Origin: a bacterium
GTDB lineage: Bacteria > Zhuqueibacterota > Zhuqueibacteria > Oceanimicrobiales > Oceanimicrobiaceae
Length of the DNA: 17,448 bases
Assembly (NCBI GenBank): GCA_046757165.1
Contig: JBHHXT010000098.1
Span: 1 to 17,448, forward strand
Direction of reading: 5' to 3'
Made by a program: the position numbers and the translations under genes. The first letter of the stretch is position 1; the number at the start of each line of letters is the position of its first letter. The notes beneath the pieces were generated by a model, which saw only the letters and a program-made list of their open reading frames with translations, had not been told where the DNA came from and did not search any database. Below are positions 1-7,897 of this stretch, piece after piece.

Positions 1-160
1 ACGGATTGGCCTGCATCATGATTTCACCTCATGTGTCGAAGTCAGTAGAATGGGGATCGTGTGGCTCATGAATTTTTGGTTTTCACCCAAAATCCGATCC
101 GTGTAAATCCGTTCTATCCGTTAAATCCGCGTTCCATTCATTTGCGGCTTTGTTGCATTA
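1..160 (+). repeat. MITE/REP-like element, copy 1 (cut off by window start)
   Basis: Near-identical to ~6744-6902: ATGTGTCGAAGTCAGT..TGTGGCTCATGAATTTTTGGTTTTCACCCAAAATC.GATCCGTGTAAATCCGTTCTATCCGTTAAATCCGCGTTCCAT plus tail CATTTGCGGCTTTGTTGCATTA, which overlaps the 3' end of the hydrolase gene. Confidence 0.9.
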
Positions 161-1400
161 TGGTCTTGTCGATAAATGTTGCCAGCGACTGATGCTCTAC
201 CGCCGAATTGACCCGCAGCACATTGGACATGAGCGCGACCATGTAAACCTTGCCTTCCGGCTTCTCCACGATGGCCACGGAATTCATATAATTCTGCCGA
301 TTGCCCCGGTACTTGCCACACTTGTACCCCTGCTCTTTTTTGCAGCTATACAAACTGCCAGATTTGAAGTAGACGGCTGACCTGTTCAATCTCGGCGCTG
401 AGGCGTAGCGGATGCGTTTTTCCGTCATGTACAGCAAGCGCTTGAGCTCCAGGCTGGTCCAATCATCCACGACCCGGCCCTGTTCCAGACGCATCAGAAA
501 CATCAGCAAGCCGCGGGGACTGGCATGGCTGCCGCCGCGGGGTACGATTTGTTTGCCGACGCGCGTGAAAAAACTTCCCAAACGCCAATCGCGATCTGCG
601 ATGCCCAGAGCGCGCAGCGGATCGCTCACGACCGAAAGGGCAATCTCCTGCAGTTTTGCCTTCGGCGTCTGATCAAAAAAGGCGCCCTCCGCGGCTCGGG
701 ATGGCGGATAGGCGCGGCCGAATTTGCGCATCAACATGGCCTCTTTCCACACGATGCTGGCCGCCGCGTTGGAGCTGGGAGAGAGCATGTGGTCCAACCA
801 TTCGTACAGCGTAAACCGGTCGCCTGCACGGATAGCCCGGAATTCGACTTTCCGGCTCACAGGGTCAAAGATGGGGACCTTGTGGTGGTCGGTTTGGATC
901 CACCGGTCCGCTTCCACGACACGACTGCGCAGAAGGTAGGTGCGATATTTCACGGAGTCCGGGAACAGCTTCTCGAGCTCGGCGAACATCCCGACCGCAA
1001 TCGCGATTTTGCCGACGCTGCCGGGCTGGTATTGCAACTCAGGGCGCAGCTCAGCATAGCGCATCGGCTGGCCTGGGGTGATCTCCATCAGCGCCAGCGA
1101 GTAGCTCTTGTGCCGCCTGGCGAACAGAGTTTCGATTTGATTTTGCAGCGTGGAATCGATTTGTGGCAACGTGTTCAGCGTTTCCGCTGCGGTCTGGTGC
1201 AAATGCAGTTTGATCTCATCCCAGCGTTTGCGCGCCCCGGCAACCGGAACCCGGCCCTTCAGCTCACCGGCCAGACGCAAACGAAGTCGTTCCAGACGTC
1301 GGATACCGGTGTGCCGATAGCCGTCGACCGGGTAGTAGCCGGATGGCAAAGCCAGGACAAAAAAAAGTGGCAATGTTGTCAGGAATGTTGTTTTGGGCAT
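138..1400 (-). CDS. Exported serine hydrolase, class A beta-lactamase/PBP-like fold
   Basis: 420 aa with a hydrophobic N-terminal signal. The three active-site motifs occur in order: SxxK (PGSVGK, Ser128), SxN (SPSSNAAA) and KS/TG (YFKSGS). Starts 6 nt after the upstream gene's stop. Confidence 0.85.
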   Translation of the reverse strand: MPKTTFLTTLPLFFVLALPSGYYPVDGYRHTGIRRLERLRLRLAGELKGRVPVAGARKRWDEIKLHLHQTAAETLNTLPQIDSTLQNQIETLFARRHKSYSLALMEITPGQPMRYAELRPELQYQPGSVGKIAIAVGMFAELEKLFPDSVKYRTYLLRSRVVEADRWIQTDHHKVPIFDPVSRKVEFRAIRAGDRFTLYEWLDHMLSPSSNAAASIVWKEAMLMRKFGRAYPPSRAAEGAFFDQTPKAKLQEIALSVVSDPLRALGIADRDWRLGSFFTRVGKQIVPRGGSHASPRGLLMFLMRLEQGRVVDDWTSLELKRLLYMTEKRIRYASAPRLNRSAVYFKSGSLYSCKKEQGYKCGKYRGNRQNYMNSVAIVEKPEGKVYMVALMSNVLRVNSAVEHQSLATFIDKTIMQQSRK

Positions 1401-1406
1401 TTGTGT

Positions 1407-4370
1407 TCAATTCAACACTTCATCCAGCGCAATCAGCCGGGTCAAGTCGAGCTCACGGTCGAGGGCATTGAGATAGGCGGAGGAGCGGGCCAGCTTGTTT
1501 TCAACGAAGGGCCGCACCTGGAACAGATAGATTTCCTCGCCCCTGAAGCCCAGCTCGATGTCGAAGGGGCCGTCGGTTTCGATGCCCGGCGTGCCCGGTA
1601 AAACGCGCCGGACTTCCCGGGCAAAGGCGCGCAGTTGTTGCCGCTCCGTTTGGCTCAATATGGGGAGGTCGAACTGCACCGGTTTTTTGGCCACCCCTCC
1701 CTCTTCGGGCAGGTAGTTGCACCAGGGCTCACGCGCCGGGAAAAGCAGGAGATCCTCGCCACTGGCCTTCAACAGGTACGTTTCGGCGGCCTGGCCCTCG
1801 ACCGCGCCGCCGCCGCACCAATTCATCGCCACCAGAATGTCGTCCGGGCTGGAGGTCACCACCCCGCTCGTGATCATGACGCCGGATTTGTCGACGTTGA
1901 CGCTCGGCAACAGCAACAACGACGGGTAGACATTTTCCGGATTGAGCAGGTATCGCTGCCGCCATCTGAAACTCCGCTCGGTAAACGGCGAAGCCCAGAC
2001 TTGCCGGATAGACTGCAAGATGGTTTGCTCGTCTCGTATGTTGAAGGTCGTCAGGTTGAGACCGGCGCCGGTAAACTCGCTGAGATCTTCCATGTTGGTA
2101 TCGCTGCGGATAAAAATGGCGAGCGCGCCCATTTCAACCTCGAACTCGTGCCTGAACCTCGCTCGCAAGGTGTCCACGAAACCGGGCAAAAAACCGATGT
2201 GATGGATCGCATTCCTCAGTTTTTCAAGGCGACCGACGATGTGGGCTCTCACTTCCCGCTCAGGTGCGCCGTTCTTGCGCTCGATTTCTGCTTTGCGGAA
2301 GGTCTGCTGCAAAAACTGCCAGTAAGAGTTGCGCGTCCCGGGAACCATCTGTTCCATGTGCTGCCGAAAGATACCGAACGGAATGACGAGTCCCGGCACG
2401 ACTTTTCCGGGAAACATGGCGCTGAGTTGGCCGAGATTAGCGGCTTTCGGGCCGCAGACGCTGCCGGAATCCTTGGCGCGCAATTCGCTCAGGCTTAGAA
2501 TGTCCGTCTGCTTCAGATCAAGCCGGTCTGTTGGTACCGCTACTCTTTCTGCTGTTCGCTTGCCGTCGGCAACCAGGGCGCGTTCCTGCGCGCTCATCGC
2601 CGAGTCCAGTTTCATGATGACACTACCACGGTGGGAGACGGCAAAAAAAACGGTCTTGCCATCATATTTGCTCAGCTCCCGCAACGTCTGGACGGAAATC
2701 GCTGCGTTCGGAATGCCCAGGTTGCGTGCCAGCAATTGCACGTGCGAGACGGCATTGCCCTCTGAAACGGTCAAGATGCCTGCGACCGGCTTCAGATCCG
2801 AGGGCGGGCTTTGCAGCGCGTAAATCTTGTCCTGCGAAAACTCCATCGCACCAACCGACCCCCTGACCACCCTTAGCACGCCTCTGGCAAATCCGGGATT
2901 CAGACCGCGCACCTGGCCACGTTTCAACACATCGAAAAGGGTGACGCTCAACCCGGAGCGCTGGTCCGAAAGCCGCGACAGTTCGTTCGCCACTCTGCCG
3001 TACGCCAGCAGAATCGAGCTGCGGACGCGGTCGTCAAAAAAGCCGTGTGCCAGGCGCTCGAATCCGGTAAACCGGTCCACCTCACGACCATATACAGCTC
3101 GAATCATGCGCGTGCCCCATTCAACAGAACGGTTGATGGTGGCCACAAGGTCGAGAAACGTCTCTACTGAAACCGAATCGGCCGTTGCGTGTGATTCCAG
3201 CGTCGATTCCAATTCTTGCCATTCCCAGATTTCAAAGAAGCCACACCCGGTAAGCGCTTCTGCCAGCACCCGGGTCTTTTGCACAAGCGCGTGCGGCGTT
3301 CGGGGGCGCCATTCTTCGATATGCCTGAACAACACGGTCTCCGCGTTGTTCAATAAATCCATCAGCAGCAGGCGGCGCTTTGGCGCTTTTTCTGACAGCA
3401 TATGGCTCCGAATGGTCCACAACAGCTCAGCGAGAAGGGTGGCTTCCCTTTTAAAGCTGGAGCCATCTGTGGCATCGTGTGTGGCTCCGTTTCTGGAGGT
3501 GTCGGGTATCGTCAGCAGCCTGGCGAGTGGCCGCCCGACTGGCGTCTCTTCAGGGAAAGGTTCCAGATAGGCGGACAGGCTTTCGATGGTCGCGCCGGTG
3601 TACGCCAAAGCCAGGTCCTGCGCCAGTTGGTCCATTTTTGTGGCGATGGTTGGAGGCATTCGTTGGCGATACTGGCGCCGAAATCTCACCACACGGTCCA
3701 GGTCGGTTTCGTCGGGGCTGCCATGGATTTTGACGCGGATGTCGGTGAACCGGGGCAGGGAGTCAGCGATGGTTTTGGCCAGGGCACGAATTTGTGTCGC
3801 CCTGTCGTCGGTTCCGTCGCGCGGCAGATCTTTTGTAATTTGACGCGCCAGGAAGAAATGCGAGCGAATGACGGCATCCTGTGCCAGCAAGTGGTGCAGA
3901 AACCGCTCCGACCAGGCTGCCTCGTCCTCTGCCTGGTAAGCGCCGCGGTAGTACCTGGCTCGGCGCATGATCCAGCCGTCGGCTGCGGCGTGCAAGAATT
4001 TTTCCACCTGGTATTGTTTCAAACGGGAGTAGTTGTGCTCGACATCCTGGAAGTCTGCCAGCGGTGTGCCGGCCAGAATTTGCCCAAGAAAAAGATGGTG
4101 CTCCGTAGCGAGGGTTTGCACGACATCTTTATGCAACGCGTGCTGAATCCCGCCTGGCTGCGGGCAGCGCTCTTTGGGCGGGAGGACCGAACCGTCCGGG
4201 CAGAACCAGTGGATGCCCTTGAACGGGCCTCTGCGATCCTGCTTGAATGCCTGCACGAATCCGCGCAGTTCTTCAAGGTCGAGCTGCAGTGCGTGTGCTG
4301 CTGGCCATCGGAGAAAAAGCAAGGTGACCAGGATTGTCACGACGGCGCAGGCTCTATGTCGAAGGAGCAT
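1407..4370 (-). CDS. Exported PEP-utilising/dikinase-family protein (phospho-His swivel domain plus C-terminal PPDK-type nucleotide-binding domain)
   Basis: 987 aa; signal-like N-terminus ending AAHA; GAGG RBS; phospho-His motif GILTVSEGNAVSHVQLLARNLGIP (His543); ATP-grasp motifs GPKAANLGQL, IRSDTNMEDLSEFTGAGLN, VWASPF, FDIELG and LFQVRP. Confidence 0.85.
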   Translation of the reverse strand: MLLRHRACAVVTILVTLLFLRWPAAHALQLDLEELRGFVQAFKQDRRGPFKGIHWFCPDGSVLPPKERCPQPGGIQHALHKDVVQTLATEHHLFLGQILAGTPLADFQDVEHNYSRLKQYQVEKFLHAAADGWIMRRARYYRGAYQAEDEAAWSERFLHHLLAQDAVIRSHFFLARQITKDLPRDGTDDRATQIRALAKTIADSLPRFTDIRVKIHGSPDETDLDRVVRFRRQYRQRMPPTIATKMDQLAQDLALAYTGATIESLSAYLEPFPEETPVGRPLARLLTIPDTSRNGATHDATDGSSFKREATLLAELLWTIRSHMLSEKAPKRRLLLMDLLNNAETVLFRHIEEWRPRTPHALVQKTRVLAEALTGCGFFEIWEWQELESTLESHATADSVSVETFLDLVATINRSVEWGTRMIRAVYGREVDRFTGFERLAHGFFDDRVRSSILLAYGRVANELSRLSDQRSGLSVTLFDVLKRGQVRGLNPGFARGVLRVVRGSVGAMEFSQDKIYALQSPPSDLKPVAGILTVSEGNAVSHVQLLARNLGIPNAAISVQTLRELSKYDGKTVFFAVSHRGSVIMKLDSAMSAQERALVADGKRTAERVAVPTDRLDLKQTDILSLSELRAKDSGSVCGPKAANLGQLSAMFPGKVVPGLVIPFGIFRQHMEQMVPGTRNSYWQFLQQTFRKAEIERKNGAPEREVRAHIVGRLEKLRNAIHHIGFLPGFVDTLRARFRHEFEVEMGALAIFIRSDTNMEDLSEFTGAGLNLTTFNIRDEQTILQSIRQVWASPFTERSFRWRQRYLLNPENVYPSLLLLPSVNVDKSGVMITSGVVTSSPDDILVAMNWCGGGAVEGQAAETYLLKASGEDLLLFPAREPWCNYLPEEGGVAKKPVQFDLPILSQTERQQLRAFAREVRRVLPGTPGIETDGPFDIELGFRGEEIYLFQVRPFVENKLARSSAYLNALDRELDLTRLIALDEVLN

Positions 4371-4424
4371 CTACCTCACTTGAAATGGGATGATTCACTG
4401 TGCTGCCCGGTTAGGTGTTTTGCT

Positions 4425-4452
4425 ACTTTACAATAATTTAGCAAAAAAGCAA
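4425..4452 (-). promoter_or_regulatory. Possible sigma70 promoter for the dikinase-hydrolase operon
   Basis: Minus strand TTGCTT-16 nt-TAAAGT about 55 nt upstream of the ATG, overlapped by the inverted repeat TTTTGCTA-N13-TAGCAAAA. Confidence 0.4.
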
Positions 4453-4461
4453 CGAAAACAT

Positions 4462-4490
4462 TTGACTTTGTGGAATGAACAGAATAAATT
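4462..4490 (+). promoter_or_regulatory. Sigma70-like promoter of the ncRNA candidate
   Basis: TTGACT (4462-4467), 17-nt spacer, TAAATT (4485-4490). Confidence 0.6.
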
Positions 4491-4496
4491 AGCACC

Positions 4497-4722
4497 AAAT
4501 CCTAGAGCGTTTGAAATCCAACCAGGGGGATTTTGAACGGAAGGTGAGTTCCCTGAAACGAAGGAGGTGATCCTATATCTAGCATAGACATAGGAACCTC
4601 CGGAAAAGCACGCTAAGCCAGTTAGGTCACACAATCACTGTCAGCTAACTAGGATAGCAAGACCTTTTCGGAGTTCCAAAGGACGTAGCCCCGCTTCAAA
4701 CAGGAGCGGGGCTTTCTTTTTT
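4497..4722 (+). ncRNA. Structured small RNA candidate (or short-peptide mRNA) with a perfect 16S-complementary SD
   Basis: Bounded by a promoter and an intrinsic terminator, with no convincing canonical ORF. Hairpins at 4508-4539, 4563-4601 and 4593-4677; AAGGAGGTGATCC at 4561-4573. Family not recognised. Confidence 0.6.
4687..4722 (+). terminator. Rho-independent terminator
   Basis: AGCCCCGCTT-CAAACAG-GAGCGGGGCT stem-loop followed by TTCTTTTTT. Confidence 0.9.
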
Positions 4723-4747
4723 GTATTTCCAGGCGAACGATTTTTTC

Positions 4748-4776
4748 TTGACAAAATAATTTCATATATCTATATT
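4748..4776 (+). promoter_or_regulatory. Near-consensus sigma70 promoter
   Basis: TTGACA (4748-4753), 17 nt, TATATT (4771-4776). Confidence 0.8.
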
Positions 4777-4916
4777 CGCGAAGCTTAGCAAACGTCACAA
4801 GTCTCGGTCAGGCCATTCTTTCTCGAGCCCTGTTCTTGGCGCTCTTTGTGCAAACTTTGCGAAATAAGCTTTTGGTTCCGGCCTGTCCGGGTTGAGGAGT
4901 TGACTTCGGAATTGAA

Positions 4917-5141
4917 GTGAGTCGCAAGAATACCTCCTTTTCCGGGGAAAAAGACAGGCAGACGCCTGCCGGTGCAGAAGAAACCACCGAGCGCAGCAGG
5001 AACCGCGTCGACTCAGACGAGAGGCTTTCTGATGAGCTGAGATACTGGCAGGAGCTGTATGAAGACGATGAGCCGGAGATCAAATTCCGCGAACGGCGTT
5101 TCCGGGGAAAAGGAAAATTCAAAGACACAGAGTTCGAATAA
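4917..5141 (+). CDS. Small highly charged hypothetical protein (74 aa)
   Basis: Only sizeable plus-strand ORF between the 4748 promoter and the 5177 terminator. GTG start is uncertain because GAGGAG at 4894-4899 is distant. Confidence 0.55.
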   Translation: MSRKNTSFSGEKDRQTPAGAEETTERSRNRVDSDERLSDELRYWQELYEDDEPEIKFRERRFRGKGKFKDTEFE

Positions 5142-5176
5142 TCGGTAGTCGACCGAATCAAACAGAATGAACGACG

Positions 5177-5202
5177 AAACCCCTACTGTGATAGGGGTTT
5201 TT
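5177..5202 (+). terminator. Rho-independent terminator after the small ORF, 32 nt before proS
   Basis: AAACCCCTA-CTGTGA-TAGGGGTTT followed by TT. Confidence 0.75.
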
Positions 5203-5234
5203 AATTATCTCATCATAGGCGACAAGGGCGAGAG

Positions 5235-6665
5235 ATGGCAAAAGGGATCACCAAACGGTCAGAAGATTATTCCAGATGGTACTTAGATGTGATCGCGGCG
5301 GCAAAGCTGGCCGACTATGCACCGGTGAAAGGATGCATGGTGATCCGGCCCAATGGCTACGCCATCTGGGAAAGAATGCAGGCGGAGCTCGATCGCATGT
5401 TCAAAGAGACAGGACATGTCAACGCCTACTTCCCGCTGTTGATTCCCGAAAGCTATCTCAAAAAGGAAGCAGAGCATGTCGAGGGATTTGCGCCCGAATG
5501 TGCCATGGTGACGCATGGCGGCGGCAAGAAACTGGAGGAGCCGTTGGTCATTCGGCCGACTTCCGAGACCGTGATCTGGGCGATGTACCGGGATTGGATT
5601 CAATCCTACCGCGACCTGCCGCTGCTCATCAACCAGTGGGCAAATGTGGTTCGCTGGGAGATGCGCACACGTCTGTTCTTGCGCACCATGGAATTCCTCT
5701 GGCAGGAAGGTCACACCGCGCATGCAACTTATGATGAGGCCCAGGAAGAGACGTTGCTCATCCTGGACATCTATAAGCGCTTTGCACAAGAGGTGATGGC
5801 GATGCCTGTGCTCACCGGCGTCAAGACCGAAAAAGAGCGATTCGCCGGCGCCCTGCAAACCTACGCCATCGAGGCCATGATGCAGGACCGGCGTGCGCTG
5901 CAGGCCGGCACCTCGCACAACCTTGGCCAAAACTTTGCCAAAGCTTTCGATGTGACTTTTCAGACCGAAAGCGGAACGCGCGACCACGTCTGGGCCACAA
6001 GCTGGGGCGTCTCGACCCGTCTGATCGGAGGGTTGATCATGACCCACAGCGACGATGCCGGCCTGGTCGTGCCGCCAAAACTCGCCCCGCTGCAGGTCGT
6101 CATCGTGCCCATCTGGAAAAGCGACGACGAGAAAGCAGCCATTCTGCAAACGCTGCACCGCCTCACCGCGGACTGGAAAAACGAATTTCGATTCAAACTG
6201 GATGACCGCGACAACTACCGTCCGGGATGGAAATTCAACGAGTGGGAGAAGCAGGGAGTGCCCATCCGGGTCGAGATAGGGCCAAAGGACCTGGAAAGCG
6301 GCGAGCTGGTGCTCGTCCGCCGCGACACAGGCGAAAAGGAGCATGTGCCGCTGGAACGGGTCACGCCGGAAATCTCGCAGCGACTCGAGACCATTCAAAA
6401 GGAGTTGTTCACGCGCGCTCTGGACTATCGCGAGCAGCATTCACATGTCATCGATGATTACGATGCGCTCAAAGAAAGGCTCGAACAAGAAGGCGGCTTC
6501 TTCCGGGTGCACTGGAACGGCAAGCGTGACAGCGAAGACCGGTTGCAGGAAGAAACCAAAGCCACCATCCGCGTGATTCAACTCGATCAGCCTGAAGAAA
6601 ACGGCAAATGCATTTTGACCGGGGAGCCGTCGAAGCGCAGGGTGGTGGTGGCCAAGGCTTATTAG
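5235..6665 (+). CDS. proS: Proline--tRNA ligase (archaeal/eukaryote-like type, no INS editing domain)
   Basis: 476 aa; motifs [73 protein letters not shown] and C-terminal AKAY. Confidence 0.98.
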   Translation: MAKGITKRSEDYSRWYLDVIAAAKLADYAPVKGCMVIRPNGYAIWERMQAELDRMFKETGHVNAYFPLLIPESYLKKEAEHVEGFAPECAMVTHGGGKKLEEPLVIRPTSETVIWAMYRDWIQSYRDLPLLINQWANVVRWEMRTRLFLRTMEFLWQEGHTAHATYDEAQEETLLILDIYKRFAQEVMAMPVLTGVKTEKERFAGALQTYAIEAMMQDRRALQAGTSHNLGQNFAKAFDVTFQTESGTRDHVWATSWGVSTRLIGGLIMTHSDDAGLVVPPKLAPLQVVIVPIWKSDDEKAAILQTLHRLTADWKNEFRFKLDDRDNYRPGWKFNEWEKQGVPIRVEIGPKDLESGELVLVRRDTGEKEHVPLERVTPEISQRLETIQKELFTRALDYREQHSHVIDDYDALKERLEQEGGFFRVHWNGKRDSEDRLQEETKATIRVIQLDQPEENGKCILTGEPSKRRVVVAKAY

Positions 6666-6689
6666 CCATAGCTATTACAGCCCATCTTC

Positions 6690-6902
6690 TGCAAAAAAGT
6701 GCCAAAAATGGAACACGGATAAGACGGATTTAACGGATCGGAACGGATTAGACCTAATTATGATTCACGTAATGTGTCGAAGTCAGTGGAATCGGGATCA
6801 TGTGGCTCATGAATTTTTTGGTTTTCACCCAAAATCAGATCCGTGTAAATCCGTTCTATCCGTTAAATCCGCGTTCCATCCATTTGCAGCTTTGCTGCAT
6901 TA
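6690..6902 (+). repeat. MITE/REP-like element, copy 2 (complete)
   Basis: Core 6708-6879 has inverted ends ATGGAAC(A/G)CGGAT and four (A/G)CGGAT units per arm at 9-10 nt spacing. Flanks are shared with the other copies; small hairpin TGCAGC-TTT-GCTGCA near the right end. Confidence 0.9.
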
Positions 6903-6938
6903 GTGTGAAATATTTTACCTTTTCCTGCCAGCAGGCCA

Positions 6939-7847
6939 ATGAGCTCATCCGAGACAGAACAACCTGTTTTCAAATCCGGCTATGTCGCCATCGTGGGCCG
7001 GCCCAATGTCGGCAAATCCACCTTGCTCAACAATTTGCTCAATTTCAAAGTCGCCTCGGTGACACGCAGGGCACAAACCACGCGCCACCAAATCCGCGGC
7101 ATCCTGAACGGCGACAGCTATCAGGTCGTGTTCCTGGACACGCCCGGTTTGCTCGCCCCTCGCTACAAGCTGCAGGAGGCCATGCTGCAGGCGGCGCTGC
7201 GCTCCGTCCGGCAGGCCGACCTGACGCTCTTTTTGGTGGAAGCCACCCCGAAACCTGAGGAAGAGGACATCCGGGAGCTCGACGCAGTGGCCCGCCTCAA
7301 TCCAAAACTGATGCTGGTGATCAATAAGATCGACCGGATAGCGAAGCATTCTCTGCTGCCGCTGATGGATTCCTACAGCAAAGAAAAAAGATTTCAAACG
7401 TTGGTGCCCATCTCTGCGCTGCACCTGGACGGACTGGAGCGTCTCAAGCAGGAAATTGTCCAGGCGCTGCCGCAAGGCAAGCCCTTCTATGCTCAGGACC
7501 AGATCCTGGACCACCCCGAGCGTTTCCTGGTGGCGGAGATGATCCGCGAAAAAATTTTCCTGCGCTATGGTGACGAAATCCCGTACTCCACAACCGTAGA
7601 CATTGAGGAATTCAAAGAACGGAAAAAACGCAAGGACTACATCCGCGCCGTCATCTACGTCGAACGGCAAAGCCAGAAAGGCATCCTGATCGGCAAGAAA
7701 GGCGCAGCGTTGCGGGACATCGGCGCCAGAGCACGCCGGGAGGTGAAAGAAATACTCGGCCGGCCGGTCTACCTGGAGCTGTGGGTGAAAGTGAAAGAAA
7801 AGTGGCGGCAGAGCGAAATCATCTTGAAAGAACTCGGGTACCATTGA
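6939..7847 (+). CDS. era: GTPase Era
   Basis: 302 aa; G1 GRPNVGKST, QTTR, DTPG, NKID, EIPYS and KH-domain motif QKGILIGKKG. Confidence 0.98.
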   Translation: MSSSETEQPVFKSGYVAIVGRPNVGKSTLLNNLLNFKVASVTRRAQTTRHQIRGILNGDSYQVVFLDTPGLLAPRYKLQEAMLQAALRSVRQADLTLFLVEATPKPEEEDIRELDAVARLNPKLMLVINKIDRIAKHSLLPLMDSYSKEKRFQTLVPISALHLDGLERLKQEIVQALPQGKPFYAQDQILDHPERFLVAEMIREKIFLRYGDEIPYSTTVDIEEFKERKKRKDYIRAVIYVERQSQKGILIGKKGAALRDIGARARREVKEILGRPVYLELWVKVKEKWRQSEIILKELGYH

Positions 7848-7897
7848 TGGCGGTTTACCCCCGCCGGGTTTTCACCCCCAAGAAAGGAATTTTTGCC

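Noticed and set aside
1407..4370. Calling the gene ppsA, ppdK or rph
   Set aside because: The domain order differs, the pyruvate-binding barrel is missing, and a signal peptide is present.
4561..4573. 16S rRNA 3' end on the minus strand (GGATCACCTCCTT)
   Set aside because: The match is only 13 nt; the adjacent sequence does not resemble the conserved 16S 3' region (GAACCTGCGG.TGGATCACC).
4780..5234. T-box or proline attenuator upstream of proS
   Set aside because: No T-box antiterminator motif (GGTGGNACCGCG) before the terminator and no Pro-codon run in the small ORF.
6708..6879. CRISPR array
   Set aside because: Units are 6 nt with 3-4 nt gaps in inverted arms; there is no repeat-spacer structure and no cas gene.
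6800..7258. 152-aa ORF
   Set aside because: Starts inside the repeat element and overlaps era out of frame.
7781..7897. Longer start of the pentapeptide ORF
   Set aside because: Overlaps era by 67 nt; ATG 7898 has the better RBS.
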